Positions 19,056-28,602 are shown, counted from the first letter of the stretch. The stretch: 64,000 bases of DNA from Gemmatimonadaceae bacterium (GCA_044224875.1 JBGAJQ010000001.1:224125-288124); one strand, 5' to 3'. A program made the numbers and translations. Notes: generated by a model from the letters alone, not told the origin.

Positions 19056-20756
19056 TCACACCTTGGCGCGTAGCAAACGCCGCAGTGCTGGCCAAAAGCG
19101 ACGGTGCCGCCGAGCGAGGAGGACGAAGGATTGCTCCTGTGCGGATCCCTTGGCGCGCGCGAGGGCCACCAGGTCGGCCTTGTCCGCCGGCGACCAGTCG
19201 TGGATGTTCGGCAGCAGGTCCAACACAGGGGCGAGGCGGAGGAAAGCATCGCGTTCGGCGGATGGCCAGCGCGACATGGTACGGACGTTGAGCGCTCTAC
19301 GCACCCGTTCGACGCAGGCATCGAGGGCATCCGCCCGAGTGAGCGATGGATCCGCGGCAAGTTTCGTGGTCACTGCTGTGCCACACACCTGCAGGAGGCG
19401 TTCGTTCACGAACGTCGTCTCGCGATATGACGGAAGGGTGAGGTACAGGTCCCCGTGCGACATGGTGCGTAACGTGGTGGGGCTGGAGCGATACGAGCGA
19501 TCGCGTTGGAGCTGCGCAAATTCCCGCTCCGCAAGCACCGTCTGCGACGGATCGGCGGGCCGGAAACCCATGCGATAGTAGAACCAATACGCACCCGACG
19601 CGATCGCCTCGGAGTTCCCCTCACCGAACTGATAGCCGTTCACAACGAAACGGCGGACACCGAAGAGTGTCTGGAAGGCGCGGAGCATCTGAGCCCAGAG
19701 GAATGCCGCCTCGGACCCGCGGAACGGATCGAAGACGTTGATTCCGGTGTTCGCCTGGTTCCAGAGTGGGGTGACACCGCCGTAGCCGATCGGCACGCCA
19801 TTCGACATCAGCAGGTATCCGTAGTTCGACTCCAGGCTCATGCGCAGGGCAGGCTGCGTCCCAACGATGGCGAGGGACGTGCCTTCTCCCAGGTCCGCCA
19901 GCCACACCTCGTCCGCGTTAGGGTTCGAGATGGCGTAGACCTCTCGGCATCGGGCGGTGAGGGCCGTGCGCGCCACATCAATGACGGCGGTCGCGCGCCG
20001 GTGCGGGAGCAGGGCGATGGGCTTGAGCGGCGCCGCGATATGGCGTGTGGGGTCGTGGGGCGCTGGCCGCATGCCATGTCGGTAGTTTGGAACAACGCTC
20101 TCCAGTTCATTGTGAGTGGTGCTTCCACGCGACGCCCCTAACCGCCAGGCCAAGGGGAGCGACTCCATGTCGTACATCGCCGCGAAGTTCTGGCGCGTCG
20201 CCGACCGCGCCAACCCGCTGGCCACTATCCAGGCGATGTCGGACGTGGCCGTTGCGGGGACCGCCAGCCGCAACCATTCCCGTGTGCTCAAATCTCCGGC
20301 GTCGAAAGCGTCCTCTTCGGCGCGCGTCAGGAAGGTGCGAAGGAGGGCGTCCAGGTGTGAGGTGTCCTTCAGCGCGTGCCAGTCCAGGTGCACGTCGCGT
20401 GGAAACGCGTGTACCAGCCAGTGCGCAATGGCGAAGGGGAATGTGTGTCGCGAGGTGGAGCTGGCGACGCCGGAGTCATCCAGGGACTCCCGGGACTTTG
20501 CCTGCCGGATCCACCGCTCGGCGCGATGCAATCCCTCGCGCGCCAGGGCGGCAACGCCCGCCGAGTCCGGGAAGGCGCGAAGGAAGAGGAGGTCGTCGTG
20601 GAGCCTAACGATCTCTCGGAGTTTCTGGGGTGGCCGGGCCAGCAGGCGTTGCAGGAACAGCGACTTGGCGTTGGCGGAATCGGTCGCATACCGGTTTCGC
20701 ATTTCGTGGAGCGCCTGCGCGTCGCGTCGCCTATGCTGGGCCGATGGGGGTGACAT
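19056..20756 (-). CDS. Hypothetical protein with possible C-terminal GNAT-like fold
   Basis: Long ORF; PIGYGG...INVFDPFRG...AYWFYYRMGF recalls GNAT motifs. Start uncertain (up to 20837). Confidence 0.7.
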   Translation of the reverse strand: MSPPSAQHRRRDAQALHEMRNRYATDSANAKSLFLQRLLARPPQKLREIVRLHDDLLFLRAFPDSAGVAALAREGLHRAERWIRQAKSRESLDDSGVASSTSRHTFPFAIAHWLVHAFPRDVHLDWHALKDTSHLDALLRTFLTRAEEDAFDAGDLSTREWLRLAVPATATSDIAWIVASGLARSATRQNFAAMYDMESLPLAWRLGASRGSTTHNELESVVPNYRHGMRPAPHDPTRHIAAPLKPIALLPHRRATAVIDVARTALTARCREVYAISNPNADEVWLADLGEGTSLAIVGTQPALRMSLESNYGYLLMSNGVPIGYGGVTPLWNQANTGINVFDPFRGSEAAFLWAQMLRAFQTLFGVRRFVVNGYQFGEGNSEAIASGAYWFYYRMGFRPADPSQTVLAEREFAQLQRDRSYRSSPTTLRTMSHGDLYLTLPSYRETTFVNERLLQVCGTAVTTKLAADPSLTRADALDACVERVRRALNVRTMSRWPSAERDAFLRLAPVLDLLPNIHDWSPADKADLVALARAKGSAQEQSFVLLARRHRRFWPALRRLLRAKV

Positions 20757-20980
20757 GCGCCAGACGTTGTCGTGGTTGGCGGGGTTCGTTTGTCCGCGAA
20801 ACCCCGACCGCGTATGGGGAGTCATCCGCCCCTGCATCCGGAGCGGCTTTTACCGATACTATCGGTGGGATCCGGGTGAAGTGGCGGGGGCCGGTACGGG
20901 TGCGAGTCACCGGCGTTTTGATCGCGGGACTGGCCTGACTAGATTTCTTGGCCCGCCGTCCCCCAGACGGACGGGGTTGA

Positions 20981-21053
20981 TGGGGTGTAGCTTAGCTGGC
21001 AGAGCGCCTGACTGTTAATCAGGAGGTCGGTGGTTCGAATCCACCCGCCCCAG
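20981..21053 (+). tRNA. tRNA-Asn (GTT), CCA not encoded
   Basis: Acceptor TGGGGTG/CGCCCCA, anticodon arm CCTGA-CTGTTAA-TCAGG, T arm GGTGG-TTCGAAT-CCACC. Confidence 0.97.
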
Positions 21054-21089
21054 TTTCCGAAGCTGTTGGTTTACATAGCTTTGAATGAT

Positions 21090-21122
21090 AAAGAGCCTCG
21101 GCCTCACTGGCCGGGCTCTTTT
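21090..21122 (+). terminator. Rho-independent terminator after the tRNA
   Basis: AAAGAGCCTCGGCC-TCACT-GGCCGGGCTCTTTT hairpin with T-run. Confidence 0.75.
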
Positions 21123-21345
21123 CGTAGGAAGCACATAGGAAGCAACCGTCACAGTCCGCAGTATTCGAGGGAGAATCCGAATTCTCTAGTCGCGACGATT
21201 CCCGAGCAGCCCCCACGAGGGTGCAGAGGTACTCGCACTGCAATCGGCCAATTCTCGAGTGGGCTATCCTGCTATTTTCAAGTGTTCCGTTTTTCGCTTC
21301 AGTCCGGTGCACGATTCAGTCACTGATAGTCGGACTGGTTGACGC

Positions 21346-23787
21346 ATGGAGAGACTTGGAATGACAGTGTCCGGTTCGCGCGTGCGTGGTCGGGAAACGT
21401 CAATTTCCTCACACGATGCTCGCCAGCTTAATGCACAGGGCGCCTCGCTCGTCACGAATTTCTTTCCCGCCCAATTCAGCACGGACCAAGTGAGTTGCTG
21501 GTCAGGCCGCTGGGTTTCAGCGGAAGCGACGGAGGCTTTGGTTGCGGCGCACCCCGGGCTAGAGACGTGGCGCGATCCCGACGAGGCTAGCCGTGTCTAC
21601 GCATGGTTCCGAACTAATCCGACTGGCATGGAATCGGTCACGGGGTTCAAACTCGTGACCGTTACGCACGACGAGGCGCCACGGCTATTCCAAAGGCTCA
21701 TGCTGGACGCAGTTCATGCACGTTTGCACGCACTCGGATTTGAGGAAAAAGGCGATGGCTGGGTGAACTACGAGGCTAAGAACCACCTTGGTGCTATTCC
21801 GGCGCTCGCTGGAGTCGCTGGTCGATCGATCGGTATTTACGCCAAGGTGCTCGTCGAAGGCTTCTTCACGAAAACAGCTGCGGGCACGCTGACTTCTGGG
21901 ATTATTGTCGACGTTCTTTACACAACACGTATGGAGGTGACGGCAGCGGAGTGGGTGGCCGCAGGGATTGGCGACTCGTTGTCTGGGCTTTATGTCAAGC
22001 TGGTTTCAGGATCGACTGAGGCGACTCGATTTCCGACGTTTGTGGGTCGGGCAATCGGGCAGGTGCAGGGAATTCGCGGGGACTATTGCGTCCTGGATGA
22101 CCCTCGGGATCCAGGGCTTTCTGAAGTTTCACTCACCGCGATCGCACCGGAGCCAACTCGCGCGAACCTGGAACGGTATCTGTTAGCGCGGCACGCACAG
22201 GCCTACCAGGATGGGCAGTCCCAGCTTGTGCGGAAGTTGCGCGATGTCGTTCGACCGAAAACGCGCCATCAGTATGCTGAGGCATTGGTGCTCGAACGAC
22301 TTCAGGGAAACGGCGCGGAAGCGACTGAGCTCTCCATCCTTCCTGGTCTGACGGTCCGATTTAACAAGATGGCGAGCATTGGACCGGAGATGTTTCCGGC
22401 CGCCAAGCTGAACATGCCAGAGTTCAGCTTCGACGCTGCTGGTAACAAGTTCGCTCGGCGGGTCGATGCCGGTTTACAGCAGTATGGACCTTACGACGCG
22501 CCACAAATGCGTCGTCGTCAATTCCGATTACTAGTGGTCGCTCCAGCTGAACACAGCGGTGAGGTCAACGTCGCGATCAACAAGCTCATTGCGGGCGTAA
22601 AGACGCAGCAAAACGTCTTCACGGGTCTGAAGGGGATGTACCGCATAGACAACCTCCAAGTGACCCAAGCCGTTATCGAGCCTCGTTTCGGAGCTACGAT
22701 GAAGGGTTACGCGGAGGCTATTCGTCGCGCGTTAGACGATGCCCCGCCACCTTCGCCAGGAGAATCAAGTTTCCAATTGGTCATCACGGTCCTCCGTGAG
22801 TCACACCGCAACCTGCCCGACAGTGAGAACCCTTACTACCAAATGAAGGGTCTTGCATTGGTTAGGCAGCACATTCCAACTCAGGCGATCTTCATCGAGA
22901 AGCTTCGTCAGCGCGATTACGACCTTCAGTACATCCTCAACACGATGGCGGTTGCGGTATACGCCAAACTTGGCGGGACGTCACACGTGTTAAAGGTGAC
23001 GCCTAACGCGATCAATGGAGATGCACGAACTGAGCTGCTCTTCGGCATCGGCCGCGATGTGCGGAAGACGTCGCGTTTCCAGACCGGCGAAGAAACTATC
23101 GGCTTCGCAACGGTATTCCGTGCAAACGGCGAGTATCTGTACAACGACTGTACTCCCTACTGCATCGGGGGCGACTATGAACGAGCCCTCGAGTCCACTA
23201 TTCGGCGTACGGTCGAGCGAGTCGCTGCGTACGAGCGGCTCGAGGAAGGAGCGAAGGTCCGGCTGATCTTCCACGTGCCGAGACGGCCTGGCAAACGCGA
23301 AGAGCGCGCGATCTTGAACGCAGTTGGAAAGCTACCGAAGTTCGACATCGACTTCGCGCTGGTCCATGTTAACGACGATCATCATCTCCAGCTGTTCGAC
23401 ACGGCAAACTCGAATCCACGATCTCGAAACGGGGACGCGCGGCCAGAAGCAGCACTCCTGCCGGCGCGCGGGTGGTCCGTGGCAATTGGTCCACGCGAGC
23501 GATTGGTCACGTTCGTGGGGCTCGACCAGTACAAGGGTAACGGATGTCCGTCGCCCTTGCGGATCACGCTCGACAAACGCAGCACGTTCACTGACGTCGA
23601 CTACCTAACGCAGCAGATGTTCTCGCTTTCATTTATGAGCGTACGGTCGCTGACGCCCGGAATTGCTCCCGTTACCATTGCTTACGCTCGGCAGCTCGCA
23701 CACCTAACTGGGCGACTCCGCTCGGTCGGTCAGTGGACCGTCGAGCTCATTCAAGAACAGCTGGGGCGGAAGCTCTGGTTCCCATGA
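21346..23787 (+). CDS. Long-B prokaryotic Argonaute (RsAgo-like), catalytically inactive PIWI
   Basis: MID NPYYQMK...IPTQ...YAKLGG; PIWI LFGIG, IGFATVF, VRLIFH, STFTDVDYLTQQ, PVTIAYA, terminal LWFP. Acidic tetrad positions replaced by G, H, R. Start uncertain. Confidence 0.93.
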   Translation: MERLGMTVSGSRVRGRETSISSHDARQLNAQGASLVTNFFPAQFSTDQVSCWSGRWVSAEATEALVAAHPGLETWRDPDEASRVYAWFRTNPTGMESVTGFKLVTVTHDEAPRLFQRLMLDAVHARLHALGFEEKGDGWVNYEAKNHLGAIPALAGVAGRSIGIYAKVLVEGFFTKTAAGTLTSGIIVDVLYTTRMEVTAAEWVAAGIGDSLSGLYVKLVSGSTEATRFPTFVGRAIGQVQGIRGDYCVLDDPRDPGLSEVSLTAIAPEPTRANLERYLLARHAQAYQDGQSQLVRKLRDVVRPKTRHQYAEALVLERLQGNGAEATELSILPGLTVRFNKMASIGPEMFPAAKLNMPEFSFDAAGNKFARRVDAGLQQYGPYDAPQMRRRQFRLLVVAPAEHSGEVNVAINKLIAGVKTQQNVFTGLKGMYRIDNLQVTQAVIEPRFGATMKGYAEAIRRALDDAPPPSPGESSFQLVITVLRESHRNLPDSENPYYQMKGLALVRQHIPTQAIFIEKLRQRDYDLQYILNTMAVAVYAKLGGTSHVLKVTPNAINGDARTELLFGIGRDVRKTSRFQTGEETIGFATVFRANGEYLYNDCTPYCIGGDYERALESTIRRTVERVAAYERLEEGAKVRLIFHVPRRPGKREERAILNAVGKLPKFDIDFALVHVNDDHHLQLFDTANSNPRSRNGDARPEAALLPARGWSVAIGPRERLVTFVGLDQYKGNGCPSPLRITLDKRSTFTDVDYLTQQMFSLSFMSVRSLTPGIAPVTIAYARQLAHLTGRLRSVGQWTVELIQEQLGRKLWFP

Positions 23788-23809
23788 TCGTCAGCTGAGC
23801 GACATCGAG

Positions 23810-25096
23810 GTGTCGAAAGACGCTTCCGAACTACTCTTGGGTGCTGGCGATAGGATACCTCTCGCCGCCGCGTTCAAAGAAGTAGACGAGGCAATAAGCG
23901 CAGGTGGCCTCGAAGGGCACCTGGCAGTTCTGATACTCCGTTCGTCACGCGGCGTCGGGCGAGGACCGTGGTCAGAATCTCCGTGGGAACCACAAGTCCG
24001 TAAATTGCTTGCATCCGAGTCAGTAAAGCCTAACGCGGCGCTTCGAACCCAAGACGTTGCGCTTCTCGGCGTCCGCCTCGGACTTGGGGGGCATGGTGAC
24101 GCTCAGATGTTTGAGAGTCTCGCTATCCGTGAACTCGCGCGCACACCAATGCCGCCAGCGGTTCGCGTTCACGACGACGAACGGCTCCTGCTCGGGCTGG
24201 CAGCCGGGGTTGGTGTTGCCGCAGCCAAGGTTGCCTCGACGCTCGTCGAATTTCTGAAGGGCCGATGGCGCACGACCACGTATAAACAGGCCAGTCTGGA
24301 CATTTGGGCAGAAGCTCTCGCTGGAGGCTCCGCGCGACTGAACGCTTCCCAAGGTAAGCAAGCATACGACCTTCTTAATGAAGCTCACGGCGTCCGACCA
24401 TCGCTTACCGACGATGATAGAATCACACTCTTTTGGCTCGCAACGCGGGCCTTGGATTCGCCCTGGTTACCAGATGATGAGGCGCTGCGATTGCTTGACT
24501 CCGCAGTAACCCAAGGGAGGCGCGCGGCCATACTCATTTCCGGATCGCGACGAGTTTCGCCGATGGACGCTGCTATGCTGATTGACGCGATGGCTTGGTC
24601 GCCTCAGACCGCTCTTACGACCCGCTCGGCCCTCGAGAACGTGCTAGGCGTCATCGACGCATTTCCCTCGTGCGCGAGCATTCTGGCAACCAGGCAGAGG
24701 AACCGTGCGCCATTCGTCATTTCCGATGAATACGACGTGCAAGATCTGTTTTACGCCCTCGTTAGGCCGACAGTCACTGATATTGTTCCCGAGGATACAA
24801 CCCCGAAACTCGCGGGAAGGTGGAGTCGTCTCGATTTCACCTCGAAAGCGACCCGGCTCGGTTTCGAGGTAAAGCATGTAAAAAGCTCAAATCATGCCGG
24901 TACTGTCCGCGATGAGGTGCTCGTTGACGAGGCGACTTATCAGGAACACCCCTACATCGACACCGTTGTTGTGTTTATTTCCGATCCCGCCGGTCACATC
25001 GCGCTAGCTGCGCGGCCCGCGTTCGAACGAGATCTCAGCCAATCGGTCACGGTCCAGGGCCGCACAGTGCGCTACATCGTTCGCGTCCGCGGTTGA
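23810..25096 (+). CDS. Argonaute-associated nuclease: helical N-terminal region plus C-terminal PD-(D/E)xK (DpnII/MboI-like) domain
   Basis: EYDVQDL...PED...SRLDF...GFEVK...D..TY..HP....VVFISDP; 22 bp after pAgo with GAGG RBS. Confidence 0.85.
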   Translation: MSKDASELLLGAGDRIPLAAAFKEVDEAISAGGLEGHLAVLILRSSRGVGRGPWSESPWEPQVRKLLASESVKPNAALRTQDVALLGVRLGLGGHGDAQMFESLAIRELARTPMPPAVRVHDDERLLLGLAAGVGVAAAKVASTLVEFLKGRWRTTTYKQASLDIWAEALAGGSARLNASQGKQAYDLLNEAHGVRPSLTDDDRITLFWLATRALDSPWLPDDEALRLLDSAVTQGRRAAILISGSRRVSPMDAAMLIDAMAWSPQTALTTRSALENVLGVIDAFPSCASILATRQRNRAPFVISDEYDVQDLFYALVRPTVTDIVPEDTTPKLAGRWSRLDFTSKATRLGFEVKHVKSSNHAGTVRDEVLVDEATYQEHPYIDTVVVFISDPAGHIALAARPAFERDLSQSVTVQGRTVRYIVRVRG

Positions 25097-25168
25097 CCAC
25101 AATAGGCTCAGGTAGATCCAGTACGGGACAATTTACGGGCGTTTGAGCGACCGTTAGTCTCACTGCAA

Positions 25169-25948
25169 ATGACTGAATTCGCGTCTGTGCATAGCTATTC
25201 CAGATTTGCTCGCTCAGTTTTTCGCGAACGACGTTTTGTCCGCACAGATGATCAAGAAGCGTTTCTTGCAACAGTTCGCGAGACCGTTCGACGCGAAACG
25301 CTACCTGCTGGGTTCCCACTTTTTCGGGCACAGGTCGGTTGTGATTGGCCAACCGAAGCGGAGGAAGAGACTGGCGATTGCTCGCCACGCCCCTACTCCT
25401 CGGCGCGCATGATTCCGTTTTCCGACAAGGCCGCGGAGGGCCGCGTCAACCCTCTCGGCATTCCGTGTCTCTACTGCGCCACGCACTGGAGGACGGCTGT
25501 CGCTGAAGTCCGCCCCTGGATCGGCTCTTACGCGACGGTAGTAAGACTCGAGGTGAACCGTCCGCTTGTACTCGCAAATTGCACCACGGACGACCAAGAG
25601 GTCCGGATTCACTTCGACGAGCCAGACGCTGATGAACGAGCGAAGGAATGCTGGCGAGCAATCGACCGTGCCTTTGCACGCCCCGTGGATCGCAGCGAAA
25701 ATTTCGCTGATTATGCGCCTACACAGGTCTTGGCCGAGGTATTCCGGTCTATGGGACTCGATGGCGTCGGATATCGCAGCTCGCTGGGTGAAGGCCACAA
25801 CATAGCGTTATTCGATCTTGAAGCCGCGACCTTCAAGAGCGGCTTTCTCACCTATGTTCGCGAAATGAAGCTTGAGCTCGATGATCCATCGAACTCGTAT
25901 ATCGTCATTGACCGTTCGGCAGAGCAGACGGTTAACGATTCCGAGTAG
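25169..25948 (+). CDS. RES-domain protein (NAD+ phosphorylase / ART-like fold)
   Basis: LFRAQ (R), GRVNPLGIPCLY, AVAEVRP (E), YAPTQVLAE, DGVGYRSS (S). Confidence 0.88.
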   Translation: MTEFASVHSYSRFARSVFRERRFVRTDDQEAFLATVRETVRRETLPAGFPLFRAQVGCDWPTEAEEETGDCSPRPYSSARMIPFSDKAAEGRVNPLGIPCLYCATHWRTAVAEVRPWIGSYATVVRLEVNRPLVLANCTTDDQEVRIHFDEPDADERAKECWRAIDRAFARPVDRSENFADYAPTQVLAEVFRSMGLDGVGYRSSLGEGHNIALFDLEAATFKSGFLTYVREMKLELDDPSNSYIVIDRSAEQTVNDSE

Positions 25949-25987
25949 CACCGCGCTCGCCGTCCGGCTAGTAGGATGCTGACGGTC

Positions 25988-26090
25988 GCCTAACGGATAG
26001 CGTAGACCTAATAGGACTCACGCCGAACACGAGGAAGCGAGGGTCAGCGGCGCATTCCATAGCAACCCTTGGCTGCGACGCGATTTAGGG
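25988..26090 (-). repeat. Degenerate attC-like site
   Basis: Minus strand CCCTAAA-TCGC-GTCGCAGC ... GCTATCC-GTTAGGC just after the stop of the 342-aa gene; arms decayed. Confidence 0.5.
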
Positions 26091-26099
26091 GGCATTCGC

Positions 26100-27128
26100 T
26101 CAGAAGTCCACGGGCACCTTTGCCCCAAAGTATCGAGCTACATCATAGTTCCAGAAAAAGAAAGCTTGCGCCAACCCGCCGACGAGATCGGGATCTATGG
26201 GCCGATCAATGCGAAACAGCTTTACCCGCGTACCGACTTTTCCGGCCTCGCGAACGTGAAGCAGAGCCCGCGCGTTGAGCGATTCGGGAGTGAAAGTGCG
26301 AATGGCACCATCGACGTGAATGATATGGTGATTGGCTTTCTCGTAAACGGCGTGGAAATAGCGTGAGCCTCGTAGTTCCGTTTCAGCGACCACCGGCAAC
26401 TCTTCGCACAGAAAATCCACCTCACCGTTGTGAGGCACCCAAGCATACTGTGTGATCAGAGAACGACGGCTCATCTTGCGCGGTACCCATTCGCCGTGAT
26501 CGGTGCTTCTGAGCTGGCGAATACGAGCCCAATCGAGGGGCCGGCCGTAGACGGTCGCCTTATAAAACCGGCCTTGTAACGTGTTCGACGGCCCGTGCAG
26601 GAGAGGATCGAGACGAATTCTGACTGATTCAGCGAGGTCGTGTCGCGCAAATTCCTGGAGCAGCCAATAGCCCGCGTTCGAGCCGGGTACCGGCGGTAGT
26701 AAGAAGAAAGTGTGATCGTTGCGAATAAGACCGTCGCCTTCAAGCGTGAACTCGGCGAGCGATACCAGACCTTCTTTGTCGACGTGAACGCCCTTCAGCG
26801 CTGGGTGGTCATACGGTGCGGCTGCCGAGGGATCGGACTTGGCAGTGATCGTAGCCAGCCGCGTCTGCTCAATGGTCCGGGAGACCACATCGCTGACTAT
26901 GTAAAGTCGACATTTCCGATCTGTGTCATCGCCCGCGAACACAAACTCTAGGTGGGTACGTGTATCGTGATCGAGTTCTGCGATGGCCTCCGCGGTGACG
27001 GCAGCAAGTGCCGCATGGAGTGCATCTCGGACACTTCCCGCACCTTCGTGGAGCAGATCCTCGATGATCCAGTATGGCGGATCGTAACTCCGTGCAAACA
27101 CCTCGAAGAGTTGTCGATCCAGAAGCAT
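26100..27128 (-). CDS. Hypothetical protein (gene-cassette ORF)
   Basis: 342-aa ORF bounded by attC-like sites; no family recognised. Confidence 0.8.
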   Translation of the reverse strand: MLLDRQLFEVFARSYDPPYWIIEDLLHEGAGSVRDALHAALAAVTAEAIAELDHDTRTHLEFVFAGDDTDRKCRLYIVSDVVSRTIEQTRLATITAKSDPSAAAPYDHPALKGVHVDKEGLVSLAEFTLEGDGLIRNDHTFFLLPPVPGSNAGYWLLQEFARHDLAESVRIRLDPLLHGPSNTLQGRFYKATVYGRPLDWARIRQLRSTDHGEWVPRKMSRRSLITQYAWVPHNGEVDFLCEELPVVAETELRGSRYFHAVYEKANHHIIHVDGAIRTFTPESLNARALLHVREAGKVGTRVKLFRIDRPIDPDLVGGLAQAFFFWNYDVARYFGAKVPVDF

Positions 27129-27142
27129 CGTGATGGCTGGCT

Positions 27143-27184
27143 AGCTAACGGATGGCGTTCTGTCCGCTGCAATGCCGGTTAGGC
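27143..27184 (-). repeat. attC-like site with internal deletion (42 bp)
   Basis: GCCTAAC-CGGC-ATTGCAGC-GGACA-GAAC-GCCATCC-GTTAGCT; the upstream gene's TAA lies inside GCCTAAC. Confidence 0.65.
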
Positions 27185-27802
27185 ATCGCCGCGCACTTCA
27201 CTCTCTGTGAGGCCTCGCCAGGCTCGCGTCTCTGCATCGAAAACTAAGGGCAGCACTCCCCAAAGAACTGGACCCACAGCAACTAGCTGCGCCAAACGGT
27301 CGTCCTTGGACCCGGAGTAGTGACTGGCGAGCAGATCCATCATGGAGTCCACGGCCTGCGAAGGGAGGTTAGCCGAAGAATCGGTTCGAAAGAAGAACCT
27401 TACCCTCTGCTGGCCATCACTGAGTATTGCGATGATCGATACGACCGCGGGAGCACGGCCTGATAACTTCTTTGGAGAGGACGCCGAAACAATGTAGGTG
27501 ACTTTCAGCTCCGCGTTTGGTCCGCTTGTCCGCTCTACCATCCTGACTACACGCTTCTTCACTAACGCATACAGGTCTTTGCCAAGCTCGCCAAGGAACG
27601 CATCGAAGAGCTTTCGGGAAAAGGCAAGGACAATCAACGTGGGAATCACCCACTCCATCGCTGCGAAGGGCGATTCATCGCGACGATCGTACAAGACTCG
27701 TAGACCCGCGCGCTCCAAATCGTGACGCAAATCGTCGGTTAAGTCATCCGGAACAGATTCGGTGACTAAGATGCCTACGTCAGGTATCTCGAAGGAATTC
27801 AT
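27179..27802 (-). CDS. Hypothetical protein with one hydrophobic helix (gene-cassette ORF)
   Basis: 207 aa, WVIPTLIVLAF; begins 15 bp after GTTAGGC and ends in GCCTAAC. Confidence 0.8.
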   Translation of the reverse strand: MNSFEIPDVGILVTESVPDDLTDDLRHDLERAGLRVLYDRRDESPFAAMEWVIPTLIVLAFSRKLFDAFLGELGKDLYALVKKRVVRMVERTSGPNAELKVTYIVSASSPKKLSGRAPAVVSIIAILSDGQQRVRFFFRTDSSANLPSQAVDSMMDLLASHYSGSKDDRLAQLVAVGPVLWGVLPLVFDAETRAWRGLTESEVRGDA

Positions 27803-27817
27803 GCACTCAGTTGCGAT

Positions 27818-27872
27818 GCCTAACGGATGTGTTTAGCTGCGGCTCCGCCGTCTGCTGCAACGCCTGTTAGGC
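27818..27872 (-). repeat. Integron attC site (55 bp)
   Basis: GCCTAAC-AGGC-GTTGCAGC-AGACGGCGGAGCCGCA-GCTAAAC-ACATCC-GTTAGGC: R and L boxes with an extra base in the left arm and a central hairpin, 3 bp after a stop codon. Confidence 0.8.
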
Positions 27873-27875
27873 GCC

Positions 27876-28463
27876 CTACGCGGATTCTTGAGACTGAAGT
27901 TCGGCCAAGGCATCGGTGTTCACGTGGCGCATGTTGAAGACGAGTTGCGTAAGGTCCATCAGGATGTCAAGCAACGCATCCAGCAGTGTTACATCCAAGG
28001 CGGGATTTGTAGACCACGTGTCTGCGGTCGTAACAAGCTCAAGATCGTTGGAGTGAAACATTCCCCCATACAGCGCGACATCAAGCACGTGCTTTCGCGT
28101 CACAACGTCGTTGTTCATGACGATATGGCTGCGTGATGAAAGGTAGCCGTTTACCTGTGCAACAATTGCGGCCGCGCGCTCCTTAACCTGCTGTGATACG
28201 GCAAGATCTGAGTAAAGGGCTTCGATCTGCGTGAACGAAATCAGGTCCCTTTGAAGTACAAATTGACGAAGGGTTACCAAGTACGCCTGCAGCTCCTCAA
28301 GGTGCGGCATGTCGTGCTCAACTGAGTATCCGTGTCCCTTTCTCCACGTCACCCGATGGCTGCCCTTCCCAGCGCGCATTGAATCAGTAAAGCGCTTCGC
28401 ATTCAACTCAGTCGCCTTCGCGTTGAACAGCTGGAGGATTCGAATTGCTTCGTTCGAGGGCAT
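27876..28463 (-). CDS. Hypothetical protein (gene-cassette ORF)
   Basis: 195 aa, mostly helical-looking; preceded by TCCGTTACGC (28474-28483) and followed by attC. Confidence 0.8.
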   Translation of the reverse strand: MPSNEAIRILQLFNAKATELNAKRFTDSMRAGKGSHRVTWRKGHGYSVEHDMPHLEELQAYLVTLRQFVLQRDLISFTQIEALYSDLAVSQQVKERAAAIVAQVNGYLSSRSHIVMNNDVVTRKHVLDVALYGGMFHSNDLELVTTADTWSTNPALDVTLLDALLDILMDLTQLVFNMRHVNTDALAELQSQESA

Positions 28464-28602
28464 AGTGAAGGCCGCGTAACGGACTCTAGAAAGGTCATGC
28501 TATACAGTTCTTTACCCGGACCTTAGTAACTCCAAGCACTTAGTCATACCTGACTTGAGCGCCACCGACCCGTTCCCAAATCTGTCGCGGTTAGGTGGCG
28601 GT

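Noticed and set aside
21346..23787. Active slicer Argonaute
   Set aside because: Catalytic acidic positions are replaced (GIG, IFH, YAR), matching the inactive long-B pattern.
28474..28596. ACCTAAC...GTTACGC as a fourth attC or an attI
   Set aside because: No complementary L boxes and no adjacent intI; only the GTT-side boundary is supportable.
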